From: an uncultured Candidatus Binatia bacterium
GTDB taxonomy: Bacteria; Desulfobacterota; Binatia; UBA9968; JAJDTQ01
Assembly (NCBI GenBank): GCA_965242525.1
Contig: OZ251459.1
Coordinates: 1,824,001 to 1,888,000, forward strand
DNA: 64,000 bases
Reading direction: 5' to 3'
Shown piece by piece: positions 1 through 10,304 of this stretch. The notes below the pieces were generated by a model, which searched no databases, was not told the DNA's origin, and saw nothing but the letters and a program-made list of their open reading frames with translations. The first letter of the stretch is position 1, and every line of letters begins with the position of its first letter. Both the position numbers and the translations under genes were made by a program.

Positions 1-477
1 CCCGGTCAGGTCCGCGGGCTTGTCGAGCATGGGGTCCAGGTCCTTCTTGGCCACCCCGACGCTCACCACCGGCGTGAACATGACCGGGATGATCTCTTCC
101 ATGTTGGCCCGGAGGCCCGCGCCCTTGGGGTCGCCCACGAACCACTCCTGGTAGCGGCCGCTGGCGGTCTGGCACCCCATCACGCTGCCGTTCCGCCGGG
201 CGCGCTCGTAGAGCCAGTTCATGGCCAGGGTCCCGCCTCCCCCGGGCCGGTTCATGACCACGATGGTGGGGTCGCCCTTCAGGTGCTTCTTCAGGTGCCG
301 GGCGTAGATCCGGCACTCGATGTCGGTGGGTCCGCCCGCGGAGAAATCGACCATGAGCTTCAGGGTCTTGCCCTGGTAGAAGGGCTTGTCCGCGGAGAAC
401 GCCGGGGCGCCGAACAGAAGCGCAAGCACGAGCACGGCACAAGTGGACAGCACGGCTTTGTGTACGGTTGACTTCAT
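1..477 (-). CDS. Bug/TctC-family tripartite tricarboxylate transporter substrate-binding protein (runs off the window edge)
   Basis: Manual translation from ATG 477: MKSTVHKAVLSTCAVLVLALLFGAPAFSADKPFYQGKTLKLMVDFSAGGPTDIECRIYARHL...NRPGGGG. Signal peptide plus FYxGKT/GGxxD/NxPGxGG motifs; GGAG RBS upstream. Confidence 0.8.
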   Translation of the reverse strand, partial: MKSTVHKAVLSTCAVLVLALLFGAPAFSADKPFYQGKTLKLMVDFSAGGPTDIECRIYARHLKKHLKGDPTIVVMNRPGGGGTLAMNWLYERARRNGSVMGCQTASGRYQEWFVGDPKGAGLRANMEEIIPVMFTPVVSVGVAKKDLDPMLDKPADLTG

Positions 478-558
478 CGCTTGCTCCCTCCCTGGGTCAG
501 TGAACGCCGTCCTGGGGCGTCGGTCCCAGCACCCGGATCGACGCCCCGCCACATGGGG

Positions 559-1395
559 TCAGGATGCCTTGTTGACCCGTTCCATGGGACCCAGACCCGG
601 CTTGTAGGTCTTGTCGTCGATGAACTGCTTGATCCCCTGGCCGTAACCGTCCTCCCGGTCCTGCATCTTGATCTGGGAGCCCTTGGCGGCCAGGTAGTCC
701 TCGGCCTGGACGTAGTCCATGTTGCGCACCAGCTTGTAGGCCTGCTTGGTGGCCCGCAAGGCCCAGGGGTTCTTGGCCATGAGTTTCTTCGCCAGCGCCA
801 CGGTCTCCTCCCGGAGCTTGTCCCCGGGCACGGCGTAGTTGACGAGCCTCATCTCCGCGGCCTTCCTGCCGTCGAACGGGTCGCCGGTCATGGCGTGGTA
901 GAGGCCGTCGCGCAAGGTCATCATGTCGGTGACCACCCGGCTCACGAGCCCCCCGGGCAGGATGCCCCAGTTGACCTCGGACAGCCCGAACAGGGCGTCC
1001 TCCGAGGCGATGGCGAAGTCGCACGCCACCAGCGGCGTGAAGGCGCCGCCGAAACAGAACCCGTTGACCATGGCGATGGTGGGCTTGGGGAAGGTGAAGA
1101 GCTTGCGCCAGCGCCACTCCTGGCTGCACCAGCTCGCCTGCCGGCGGAGCGCCGGGTCCTTGTCGCCCTCGCGGAAGTACTCCTTGAGGTCCTGGCCGGC
1201 GCACCAACTGTTGCCCGCCCCGGTGATGACCATCACCTGGGTTTCCGGGTCCCCTTCGGCCTCGGTCACCGCGTCGTACATGTCGAAGTGGAGTTGCGGG
1301 CTCATGGCGTTCCGCTTCTCGGGTCGGTTGAGGATGACCCAGGCAATGCCGTCCTCCTTCTCCACCAGCACGGTCTTGTATTCCTTCGTCGCCAT
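559..1395 (-). CDS. p-hydroxycinnamoyl-CoA hydratase/lyase (crotonase superfamily)
   Basis: LNRPEKRNAMSP, WCAGQDLKEYFRE, FGLSEVNWGILPGG and C-terminal KQFIDDKTYKPGL match HCHL/Ech; GGAGG RBS before ATG 1395. Confidence 0.88.
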   Translation of the reverse strand: MATKEYKTVLVEKEDGIAWVILNRPEKRNAMSPQLHFDMYDAVTEAEGDPETQVMVITGAGNSWCAGQDLKEYFREGDKDPALRRQASWCSQEWRWRKLFTFPKPTIAMVNGFCFGGAFTPLVACDFAIASEDALFGLSEVNWGILPGGLVSRVVTDMMTLRDGLYHAMTGDPFDGRKAAEMRLVNYAVPGDKLREETVALAKKLMAKNPWALRATKQAYKLVRNMDYVQAEDYLAAKGSQIKMQDREDGYGQGIKQFIDDKTYKPGLGPMERVNKAS

Positions 1396-1713
1396 CGAAA
1401 AGTTCCCTCCTTTGGACGTTAACCGAATCGGCAATCCGCCAACTCTATGCAGTGACGTTCACGGAGTCAAGGAACAAATCTCCCGCGGCGCGGCATTTTC
1501 GCCCGGTCCCGCGGCTTTTCCCGGCCCCGACCCCCGCCCCGTGCCCGGGGCGGGCGAGGGTCCTCATTGGCACGGCGTTCCCGAGCCTGTCAAGGACGGA
1601 CGTTTTGTTCCCGTCCGACCATGTGCTAACCTGCCGGTTCGATCCGGGGCCTCTGGACCGGGCGCCATGCCCGGAGCGGGGACCCGGAACCTTGCCCGGG
1701 ACGTATCGGAATC

Positions 1714-2307
1714 ATGCAAGTCTGTTGCCTGGACCTGGAGGGTGTGCTGCTGCCGGAGATCTGGATCGCGGTGGCCGACCACTTCCGCAACGACGACCTC
1801 CGGCTCACCACCCGGGACATCTCCGACTACGACCAGCTCATGCGGCACCGGCTGAAGGTCCTCCGGAAGAACCGCATCCGGCTGGCGGACATCCAGGAGG
1901 TCATCGCCCGCATGAAGCCGCTGCCGGGCGCCAGGGCCTTCCTCGACGACCTCGCGGGGCGTTTCCAGGTGGCGGTGCTGTCGGACACCTACTACGAGTT
2001 CGCCCTGCCGCTGGTGCGGAAGCTCGGCAACCCCACGCTGCTGTGCAACTGGCTCCGGTTGAGCCGGTCCGGGTACATTGCGGACTACGTGCTGCGCCAG
2101 AAGGACGGCAAGCGCAAGGCCGTCAAGGCCTTCCAGGACATGGGCTTCCGCGTGGCGGCCGCGGGGGACTCCTACAACGACCTGGGCATGCTGCGCGCCG
2201 CGGACCGAGGGGTGCTCTTCAACCCGCCGGACGCCATCGCCCGGCGCTACGCCGCCTATCCGGTGGCGCGGGACTACGCCACGCTGGCGCGGTTGCTGGA
2301 ACAGTAA
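1714..2307 (+). CDS. thrH: Phosphoserine phosphatase / homoserine phosphotransferase (HAD family)
   Basis: CLDLEGVLLPEIWI, LTTRDISDYDQLM, LSDTYYEF, AAGDSYNDLGML are ThrH hallmarks. Confidence 0.93.
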   Translation: MQVCCLDLEGVLLPEIWIAVADHFRNDDLRLTTRDISDYDQLMRHRLKVLRKNRIRLADIQEVIARMKPLPGARAFLDDLAGRFQVAVLSDTYYEFALPLVRKLGNPTLLCNWLRLSRSGYIADYVLRQKDGKRKAVKAFQDMGFRVAAAGDSYNDLGMLRAADRGVLFNPPDAIARRYAAYPVARDYATLARLLEQ

Positions 2308-2419
2308 ACGGACGACCGAACGATCGAGTGATCGAGGATGGGCGCCGATGCCCGGGGGTAGCCGCCGCGTTGCGCGCCCGCCCGGCTCCGGTCCTGCCCC
2401 ACACCAAGGAGATATTCCC

Positions 2420-3811
2420 ATGCTGGACGTGCTGATCGACAACGCAGAGATCATCAACGCCAACGGCCGCTACAAGGGATCCATCGGCGTCCGGGACGGC
2501 GTCATCGCCGGGATCTACCGGGCCGGGGACCGGCCGGAGGCCGGCGAGGTGGTGGACGCCGCGGGCCTGGCGGTGGTCCCCGGGGCGGTGGACATGCACT
2601 CGCACCACCGGGAAGGCGGCGAGCCCGGTGGGTACGACTACAAGGAGAACATCCAGACCGCCACCATGCAGTGCGCCGCGGGCGGGGTCACCACCTCCGT
2701 GGCCATGCCCAACGTGACGCCGCCGCCCAACACGGTGGAGCGGCTCGACGCGCTGTTCCGGGTCTACGAGGAGAAGTCCTTCATCGATTACAACGTCAAC
2801 CCGGCCGGCACCATCCCGGAGGAGATCCCCAAGCTGGCCCAACAGGGCATCGCCGCCTTCAAGGTGTTCATGGTGGTGGACACGGGCCGGGACTACCCCC
2901 ACATGCCGGGCATCGGCGTCCACGACCACGGCAAGCTCATGGAGATCATGGAGGCGTGCGCCGCGGCCAACGTCCCGCTCATGGTCCATCCCCACGACCA
3001 GGCGCTCATGGACCACATCGAGAAGAAGTTCTGGGACCGGGGGGAACGCGACTGCCTGGCCTACGCCAAGGCCTACGCGGCCCATGACGGAGTGATCTGG
3101 GAGACCGCCATCCAGCTCCTGGTGCGGTTGCAGCAGGCCACCGGAGTCCACCTGCACCTGCTCCACATCCAGACCGCGGGCAGCGTGGAGATCCTCCGGC
3201 GGGCCAAGGCCAACGGCCAGCGGGTGAGCGCGGAGATCAACCCCTGGGCGCTGTTCCTGGGGTCGGACTGGTCGGAGATCGAGCGGCTGGGGTCCTACGC
3301 CCTCTCCTACTGGGTGCCGGAGGAGAACGCGCCCCACCTGTGGGGCGGCCTGTGCGACGGAACCATCGACATCGTGTCCACCGACCATGCGCCGCACACC
3401 CGGGAAGAGAAGGAGATCGGCTGGGAGGACGGCTGGAAGGCCCACACCGGGACGCCCTCGGCCCAGTACTACCTGAGCCTCCTGTTCGACGCCGCGGCCA
3501 AGGGCAAGATCTCCCTGGAACGCGTGGTGGAGGCCACCTCCACCGGTCCGGCGCGGATCTTCGGGGTCGAGCGCAAAGGGCGCATCGAGGTAGGCTGCGA
3601 CGCCGACCTGGTGCTGGTGGACCTCGACGCGGAGAAGGAGATCCGGGACGAAGACGTACTCAGCCTCATCGGCTGGACCCCCTACGCCGGCCGCAAGGTG
3701 CGGGGCGTCCCCGTGCGCACCTTCGTGCGCGGGACCACCGTGTATCGTGACGGCAAGGTGGTGGGGCAGAAGGGCCACGGACGGCAGGCCCGGGCCAGGT
3801 ATCCGGGGTAG
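2420..3811 (+). CDS. Dihydroorotase/allantoinase-family cyclic amidohydrolase
   Basis: PGAVDMHSHHRE, AGGVTT..MPN, FKVFM, STDHAPH, KGRIEVGCDADLVLVD; AAGGAG RBS before ATG 2420. Confidence 0.85.
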   Translation: MLDVLIDNAEIINANGRYKGSIGVRDGVIAGIYRAGDRPEAGEVVDAAGLAVVPGAVDMHSHHREGGEPGGYDYKENIQTATMQCAAGGVTTSVAMPNVTPPPNTVERLDALFRVYEEKSFIDYNVNPAGTIPEEIPKLAQQGIAAFKVFMVVDTGRDYPHMPGIGVHDHGKLMEIMEACAAANVPLMVHPHDQALMDHIEKKFWDRGERDCLAYAKAYAAHDGVIWETAIQLLVRLQQATGVHLHLLHIQTAGSVEILRRAKANGQRVSAEINPWALFLGSDWSEIERLGSYALSYWVPEENAPHLWGGLCDGTIDIVSTDHAPHTREEKEIGWEDGWKAHTGTPSAQYYLSLLFDAAAKGKISLERVVEATSTGPARIFGVERKGRIEVGCDADLVLVDLDAEKEIRDEDVLSLIGWTPYAGRKVRGVPVRTFVRGTTVYRDGKVVGQKGHGRQARARYPG

Positions 3812-3835
3812 CCCGTCGGATTCCCGAGGCCGTAA

Positions 3836-3889
3836 CTTGACTAAATATAGCGACTTGACAAACCTGTCATATCGCTCTATTTAGTCAAG
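3836..3889. promoter_or_regulatory. AT-rich inverted-repeat operator overlapping a TTGACA -35 box
   Basis: cttgactaaatatagcga (3836-3853) and tcgctctatttagtcaag (3872-3889) are 17/18 reverse complements, with an inner tgaca/tgtca pair; ends 1 nt before ATG 3891. Confidence 0.7.
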
Positions 3890-3890
3890 C

Positions 3891-4151
3891 ATGGACATAC
3901 CATCCGCCCCGAAGGCCATCCACGAGATCGCTGGACGTCTCGCGGAACTGGTCGATGCCGACTGCCAGCCATTCGTCTGGCTGATCGTCCCGAACGACGA
4001 AGGCGTGTTTCATGGTGGATCCGTGCGAAACGGCGTTCACTGCGTCCATCCGGTGCAGGCATATCTCGACCTCCATGCCCATCCCGAACGGGCACGGGAC
4101 GTCGCGCATGAGTTGAGGAGCGATCAGCTACACTGGAGGACCGGTGACTGA
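3891..4151 (+). pseudogene. Truncated AbiEi-like (type IV TA) antitoxin, C-terminal part only
   Basis: VPNDEGVF...VHPVQAYLDLHAHPERA resembles the AbiEi_2 C-terminus. At 86 aa it is much shorter than full-length; an overlapping GTG-TDKPT start of a partner gene is cut off immediately. Confidence 0.55.
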
Positions 4152-4199
4152 CAAACCGACCTCTATCGCCGGGGCTCGGACGCGTTTGTCCTCAAGCTC

Positions 4200-4694
4200 C
4201 TACCCTTGTGGTTCCGCCTCGGCTTGTCGCCGTTCCAGGTCGAGCAGGAACTCCTTGATGTGGAGGCCGCCGGCGTAGCCGGTGAGGGTTCCGTCTCCGC
4301 CGATGACCCGGTGGCAGGGAACGACGATGGAGATGGGGTTACGCCCGTTGGCCGCGCCCACCGCGCGCACCGCCTGCGGCTGCCCCATGGCCCGGGCCTG
4401 CTCGCCGTAGGAGCGGGTGGCGCCGTAGGGGATTTCCTGGAGCGCCCGCCACGCGCGTAGCTGGAACCGGGTGCCCGACGGGGCCAGAGGCAGGTCGAAG
4501 GCCCTCCGGCGGCCCTCGAAGTACTCGTCGAGCTGCTTCTTCGCCTCCTCCACCACCGCGCCGCCGCTCCGCCAGCCATCCTCCACCCCGGCGGACCGAC
4601 GCTCTCCCTTTCCGAAGCGGATCTCCCTGACGGCCTCGCCGTCCCCCACGATCAGCAGCTCGCCCACCGGACTCTCCATCGAAGCGTAATCCAT
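4200..4694 (-). CDS. ogt: Methylated-DNA--protein-cysteine S-methyltransferase
   Basis: [26 protein letters not shown], active-site PCHRV. Confidence 0.95.
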   Translation of the reverse strand: MDYASMESPVGELLIVGDGEAVREIRFGKGERRSAGVEDGWRSGGAVVEEAKKQLDEYFEGRRRAFDLPLAPSGTRFQLRAWRALQEIPYGATRSYGEQARAMGQPQAVRAVGAANGRNPISIVVPCHRVIGGDGTLTGYAGGLHIKEFLLDLERRQAEAEPQG

Positions 4695-4769
4695 GGGTTT
4701 TCCTTTCGTTCATGCCGGGGTTCGGAGCGGAAAAGCGACGCGCCCCGGCTTGGCGAAGGGGTCTATCAC

Positions 4770-5693
4770 GTCGAACGACTCCCGACAATCTCCCTGCACC
4801 GGCCGCGGGGTCATGGGCTTGAGCTGGATGCGGCGTCCGCAGACCCGGTGGGTTTCATACGCGGGCTCGACAGGGTCGTGATCGACGAGATCCAGCGGGC
4901 GCCCGAGACCTGCGAGGCCGTCGTCGGGCACGAACTCATCGACCGGGTTGTCGCGGGCGGCTACCCTGAGGCCCTCGCTCGTTCACGGTGGAACCGCCGG
5001 CGGGACTGGTATCTCGACTACGTGGAGGCCATCGTCCAGCGGGACGTCCGCGACACCGCCCAATTCGAGAAGCTGCCCTCGATGCCCAAACTCCTGCGGG
5101 TCCTCGCCCAACACTCCGGACAGCTCGTGAACCATTCCGGTTTCGGCGCGCAACTGGGGATGAACCACCTCACCACGCGCAAGTACACCGGCGTCTTCGA
5201 AAGCCTGTATCTCCTGCGTTCCCTGCAACCCTGGTACAGCAACGCGCTCAAACGGCTCACCAAAACACCCAAGCTGCATTTCCTCGACTCGGGACTGCTC
5301 GCGGCATTGAGGGACGTTTCCCCGAACCGGCTGCGGAAAGACAGGGCCTTGTTGGGACCCTTGCTGGAAACCTTCGTCCTGGCCGAACTCCTGAAACTGG
5401 CGAGCTGGTCCCAGGACCGGTACGACTTCTCGCATTTCCGCGACAAGGAACGACACGAGGTCGATATCGTCATCGAGGACCGCCGCGGACGCGTGGTCGG
5501 AATCGAGGTCAAGGCCTCCGCCACCGTTTCCCCCCGGGACTTCGGAGGCCTGCGCCGCCTGTCCGACGCCTGCGGCGACAGGTTCGTACTGGGACTGGTG
5601 CTCCACGACCACGAGCGAGTCGTGCCTTTCGGAGAACGCCTGCTCGCGGCGCCGGTCTCGGCGCTGTGGTCCGGGCGCTCCACGTGGTCCTGA
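4770..5693 (+). pseudogene. AAA_14 ATPase + DUF4143 protein, decayed (Walker A lost, internal deletion)
   Basis: [22 protein letters not shown] (Walker B) joins abruptly to GGYPEA; C-terminus KTPKLHFLDSGL and EVDIVIE...GIEVKAS intact; no GxxxxGKT. Start approximate. Confidence 0.65.
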
Positions 5694-5734
5694 CGGATAC
5701 TCCGCGCGGGTCCCGGACCCCGTGCCGAAGCCGT

Positions 5735-6358
5735 TCAGGCCCCCGATTCCGGGGCATCGAACACCGCGGACACGTCCGCGGTGAAACCTTCGAGGGATGG
5801 CGACGTGGCCGTGTCGCCGCGGGAGAAGACGCCGTGCTCCACGTAGGCGCCGCCCCGGAGCGCGAGCACCGTAACGGTCTCGTCCCGGGGGTCCACGATC
5901 CAGTACTCGGGAATGCCGCCTTCGGCGTAGTCGGCGCGTTTCTCCACCAGGTCCCGCTGCGGGTCGTCCGGGCTCACCACCTCGACCACCAAGTCGGCGC
6001 CGAGCCAGTAGCGGTCCTGGTAGCGGGGGTCCGATCGGTCGCGGAGCAACAGGATGTCCGGTTCCCGGAATTTGCCCTCGCGGATGCGCATCCGCAACGC
6101 GGAAACCATCACGACGCCGTGCGGCTTGAGGTGCTCGCGGAACAGGACGTAGAGGAACAGGAGGATAGCCTGGTGCGTGGACGTGGGCATGGGCAGTTCC
6201 TCGACCCGGCCGTCCGTGAACTCGACCAGGCGGCGGCTGTGGTCCGTGAGCCAAAGGTAGGCGTCGTCGGTCCAAGCGCCCTGCCGCGGAAGGAGGTCGC
6301 ACAGCAGGGCGTTCAGCGCCTCCTGCGAGTTCGGAACGTGTTCGGGCATCCGAGCCAT
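5735..6358 (-). CDS. Uma2-family putative endonuclease
   Basis: EFTDG, HQ, REPDI, DLVVEVVSP, EKRADYAEGGIPEYWIVDP. Confidence 0.9.
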   Translation of the reverse strand: MARMPEHVPNSQEALNALLCDLLPRQGAWTDDAYLWLTDHSRRLVEFTDGRVEELPMPTSTHQAILLFLYVLFREHLKPHGVVMVSALRMRIREGKFREPDILLLRDRSDPRYQDRYWLGADLVVEVVSPDDPQRDLVEKRADYAEGGIPEYWIVDPRDETVTVLALRGGAYVEHGVFSRGDTATSPSLEGFTADVSAVFDAPESGA

Positions 6359-6432
6359 GCGCCTATCCTACCATGTTGCCCAGGTCCGTCCCATGACCGG
6401 CATTCGGTCCTTCGCCCGGATCGGCTCCGCGC

Positions 6433-7647
6433 CTATTCCAGCACGCCCGCTTCCTTCCACTCCCGGATGGTGGCGTCGTCGTAACCCAGCACCTCGCGCA
6501 TGACCTGCTCGGTGTGCTTGCCCAACCCCGGGGTGATCGGTATGTCCTCGTCGGGCATGTCCTCGAAGAGCAGGCCGCCCCGGGGAACCTCGAAGGGGCC
6601 GATGGGAGAGTCGTCGTACTTCTGGAAATAGTCCCGGCCCCGGAGTTGCGGGTCCTTCAACAGATCAGCGCCGTTCTGCACCACTCCCGCGGCGACCCCG
6701 GCCGCTTGCAGGCCGTGGGCCACGTCCTCCGCGGTCCGGGCGGCCATCCACTCGGCCATGAGGTCGTCGAGGGCCTCCCCGTTGCGCCGCCGGGCGAGGC
6801 AGGTGGCGAAGCGGCGGTCGTCGGCCAACTCCTCGTTTCCCATGAAGCGGCACAGGCGCCGCCACTGGTCGTCGTTCGTCACCGAGACCACGCACCACCT
6901 TTCTTCGCCCTGGCAGCGGTAACAGCCATGGGGCGCCGCGGTGGGGCTGCGGTTCCCCTGGGGCTCGGGATCTACTCCGTTGATGCTCGATTCCAGGTAG
7001 CTGACCCCCAGCGTATAGGCGGTGACCTCGCCCTGGGACACGTCGATGGACGCGCCCTTGCCGGTGAGCCGCTGGCGCAGCAGCGCGGCCATCATGACGG
7101 TGGGCGCGGTGATGAAGCCCAGGTGGTCCGGATAGACGCCCTGGCTGCCGATGGGGCGTTCCTGTCCGGGGTGGTTCCACAGGTAGGTCATGCCGCTGAA
7201 GGCGTTGAGGTTGAAGCCCCAGGTGCCGAACCAGTTCTTCGGTCCGGTCTCGCCGAGTCCCGGCAACTTGAGGATGACGAGGGAGGGGTTGACCTTCCTG
7301 AGCTCGTCGTCGCCGAGTCCCAGCCGCGCGAGCACGTGGGGCCGGAAGTTCACCAGCACGGCGTTGGACTTGGCGGCGAGCTCCCGGATGACCCTCTTGC
7401 CCAGGTCGTGCTTGATGTTGACGGTGACGGAGCGTATGGCGAGGTTGCATTCGATGAAGCGCGGCGCGGCGTTGACGTCGTTGTGCTGGCCGTAGTGCCG
7501 GAAGGTGTCGAGGCCGCCCGGGCAGGACTCCACCTTGATGACCTCCGCGCCGTACTGGGCCAGCAGCCGGGCGGCGTAGGGACCCGCGTAACCGGTGGTG
7601 AAGGAGATGATCCGAACGCCTTCGAGTATCCTGTTGGGACTTGCCAT
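6433..7647 (-). CDS. CaiB/BaiF family III CoA-transferase
   Basis: LEGVRI...AGPYAARLLAQYGAEVIKVE, NFRP, YPDH, APHGCYRC. Confidence 0.9.
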   Translation of the reverse strand: MASPNRILEGVRIISFTTGYAGPYAARLLAQYGAEVIKVESCPGGLDTFRHYGQHNDVNAAPRFIECNLAIRSVTVNIKHDLGKRVIRELAAKSNAVLVNFRPHVLARLGLGDDELRKVNPSLVILKLPGLGETGPKNWFGTWGFNLNAFSGMTYLWNHPGQERPIGSQGVYPDHLGFITAPTVMMAALLRQRLTGKGASIDVSQGEVTAYTLGVSYLESSINGVDPEPQGNRSPTAAPHGCYRCQGEERWCVVSVTNDDQWRRLCRFMGNEELADDRRFATCLARRRNGEALDDLMAEWMAARTAEDVAHGLQAAGVAAGVVQNGADLLKDPQLRGRDYFQKYDDSPIGPFEVPRGGLLFEDMPDEDIPITPGLGKHTEQVMREVLGYDDATIREWKEAGVLE

Positions 7648-7727
7648 GACGACTCCCGGGGTCCGTTGCAACGGATGCGGACCCGTTTACCGGACCTTCG
7701 CGCGGGGCGGCGGAACGCGCGCCGCGG

Positions 7728-8924
7728 TCACAGGACCCCTTCCGCGGACAACACCCCCAGGTCCTCCTCGCTCAACCCGAGCTCGCCGCCCAGGATCTCC
7801 CCGTTGTGCTGGCCCAGCATGGGCGCCGGCCGGGGGCCAGAGCGCGCGCCGTCCAGCAGGAAAGGCGCGCCCGGCTGGGAGAACACGCCCAGGACGGGGT
7901 GCGAGACCGTGCCGAAGAAGCCCCGCTCCACGATGTGCGGGTCCTCCATGAAATCCCTCGGCGAGTTCACCGGCAACGCGGGCAGGCCATGCTTCTGCAA
8001 GAGCAGCGACAACTCTTCCTTCTCGTACCGGGAGGTGAACGACGCCACCATGGGGTTGATCCAGTCCGCGGCCGCGCGCCGTTTGGTGTTGATGCGCAAC
8101 TCCGGGTCGTCCAGCTCGGGCGGGTGTCCCTCCCACATGTCGAGGAAGATGGGCCAGTGCCGCTGGGTGGCGAAGAACGAGATCCAGCCGTCCTTGCACG
8201 GGAACAGGTTCGCCGGAGCCACGTGCTGGTGCTGGCTGCCGGCCCGCTTCATGAGCCGCCCTTCGGCCGAGTAGGTGAACGCCACGTGCTCGTGGAGCGC
8301 CATGCTGGCCTGCACCGACGCGTCGATGTGCGCTCCCAGCCCCCTGGTCTCGCGTTGCCACAGGGCCAGGAGCGCGCCGAACGCGGCGTAGAGGGAGGTG
8401 TAAACGTAGGACTGGCCGCCCGGGGGCACACAGGGCGCAAGGTTCGGGTCGCCGCTGATGAACAGCAGGCCGCCCATGGCGTTGGCGACCAGGTCCGGGG
8501 CCAGGTAGTCGCGGTAGGGGCCGTCCCGCCCGAAGCCCGAGATGGACACCAGCACGAGCCGGGGGCGGCGCGCCACCAGCTCGCCGTAGCCGAGCCCCAC
8601 TCCCTCCAGGTAGCCGGGGTCGTGGCTGTCCACCACCACGTCCGCCTTCTCCACCAACCCCAGCAGGAGGTCTCGGCCCGCCTGCCGGGACAGGTCCAGC
8701 GTGACGCCGCGCTTGCCGGAGTTGAAGTAGGCGAACCGGAGGCTGCCCTCCCGGTGGTTCCGTCCTCCGGCAAAGGGCGGTTCGCTCCTCAAGTCCTCGC
8801 CTGCGGGCGGCTCCACCTTGACCACGTCCATGCCCAGGTCCGCCAGCACCTTGCCGCAGAAGGCCCCCATGGAGGAGCTCAGGTCCAGCACCCTGAACCC
8901 CGAAAGCAGGGTCTCGCCGCTCAT
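7728..8924 (-). CDS. CaiB/BaiF family III CoA-transferase (partner subunit)
   Basis: LSGFRVLDL...CGKVLADLGMDVVKVEPP, NSGKR, SISGFGRDGPY, PAPMLGQHN; ATGA overlap with the upstream gene. Confidence 0.9.
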   Translation of the reverse strand: MSGETLLSGFRVLDLSSSMGAFCGKVLADLGMDVVKVEPPAGEDLRSEPPFAGGRNHREGSLRFAYFNSGKRGVTLDLSRQAGRDLLLGLVEKADVVVDSHDPGYLEGVGLGYGELVARRPRLVLVSISGFGRDGPYRDYLAPDLVANAMGGLLFISGDPNLAPCVPPGGQSYVYTSLYAAFGALLALWQRETRGLGAHIDASVQASMALHEHVAFTYSAEGRLMKRAGSQHQHVAPANLFPCKDGWISFFATQRHWPIFLDMWEGHPPELDDPELRINTKRRAAADWINPMVASFTSRYEKEELSLLLQKHGLPALPVNSPRDFMEDPHIVERGFFGTVSHPVLGVFSQPGAPFLLDGARSGPRPAPMLGQHNGEILGGELGLSEEDLGVLSAEGVL

Positions 8925-10093
8925 TTCCGGTTCTTGGCGCGGGCGCGCAGGAGGTTCTGGGCCAGCCGCCAGCGCAGCACCTCGGTGGCGCCCTCGGTGA
9001 TGCGGATGCTGCGCATCTGCCGGTACCACCATTCCAGCGGCAGTTCCTTGGTGAGGCCGATGCCGCCGTGGACCTGGATGGAGCGGTCCACCACCCGGCT
9101 CGCCATCTCCGTGCACACGCACTTGACCATGTATGCCAGGTTGCGCACGTCCTCGCCCCTGTCGTGGCGCCAAGCGCATTCATAGACCAGGTTGCGCGCC
9201 ATGTGCAGCTCCATGACGGAGTCGGCGATCATGAACTGGACGGCCTGCCTTTCCGCCAGCGGCTGGCCGAAAGTGGTGCGGACCTGCGAGTAGTCCATCA
9301 TCATGTCCAGGGACCGTTCCGCGATGCCCAGGCAGCGCGCCCCGTGGCCCTTGACGCGCCCCTCCTGGAGCCACGTCTGGGCCAGCCGGAACCCCTGCCC
9401 CACCTCCCCCACCACGTTGGCCGCGGGCACCCGTGCGTCCTCGAAGAGGATCTGGAAAGGCGCGTCGCCCATCATGGTGGGCCAGCGGCGCTCGATGGTC
9501 ACCCCGGGGGTGTCCATGTCCACGAGGAAGCAGGTGATGCCGCCCCGGGCGCGCTTCTCGGGGTCCGTCACCGCCATGACCTGGGCGAAGTCCGAGAAGC
9601 CTGCGCCGGTGATGAAGCGTTTGGTCCCGTTCAGCACGTAGTGGTCGCCGTCGAGCACCGCGCGGGTCTTCATGCCCGCGGGGTCGCCGCCGGCGTCGGG
9701 TTCGGTCTGGGCGAAACACGCGGTCTTCTCGCCGCGGATGACCGGGTACAGGTAGCGCTCCTTCTGCTCGTCGTTGCACTCGAACAGGACCGCGCGCACG
9801 TCCGGGCCGAAGATCGGGTTGTTGCGGAAGGGGATGGCGACGCTCCGGGAGACCTCCTCCTGGATGACGCAGCGGGTCAGCAGGTCGAGCGCGGCGCCGC
9901 CGTATTCCTCGGGCACGTCGAGCATCCAGAACCCCATGGCCCGGGTCTTCTCCTGGAGCGGCTTGTACAACTCTTCGGGCATCTCTTCGCCCTCGGGGCG
10001 GTAGTCCCGCTCCAGCGGGATCAACTCCCGGTCCACGAAGTCGCGCATGGTGTTCTTGACGATCCTGACCTCTTCGGGAAGTTCGAAATCCAT
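8921..10093 (-). CDS. Acyl-CoA dehydrogenase
   Basis: MDFEL, FAQTEPDAGGD, LNGTKRFIT, RTTFGQPLAERQAVQ, QVHGGIG, ITEGATEV. Confidence 0.93.
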   Translation of the reverse strand: MDFELPEEVRIVKNTMRDFVDRELIPLERDYRPEGEEMPEELYKPLQEKTRAMGFWMLDVPEEYGGAALDLLTRCVIQEEVSRSVAIPFRNNPIFGPDVRAVLFECNDEQKERYLYPVIRGEKTACFAQTEPDAGGDPAGMKTRAVLDGDHYVLNGTKRFITGAGFSDFAQVMAVTDPEKRARGGITCFLVDMDTPGVTIERRWPTMMGDAPFQILFEDARVPAANVVGEVGQGFRLAQTWLQEGRVKGHGARCLGIAERSLDMMMDYSQVRTTFGQPLAERQAVQFMIADSVMELHMARNLVYECAWRHDRGEDVRNLAYMVKCVCTEMASRVVDRSIQVHGGIGLTKELPLEWWYRQMRSIRITEGATEVLRWRLAQNLLRARAKNRK

Positions 10094-10304
10094 TCCTGCC
10101 CTCCTTGTCTCGCAGCCTGCGCCCGCCCCGTCCCGGTCCGCGAATCCCCTGCGGCGCCGCGGGACCCCGCAAGGGAACGCCGCAAAAGCGGCCATCGGCG
10201 CCCGGCCCCGGATGTTCGCACGTAACACCCCGTCGAACGGCAAGTCAAGCCCGCGGCTTCCGTGCGGACGGGAGGGCAAACTTCAGCGTTGCGGAGAATC
10301 CGAT

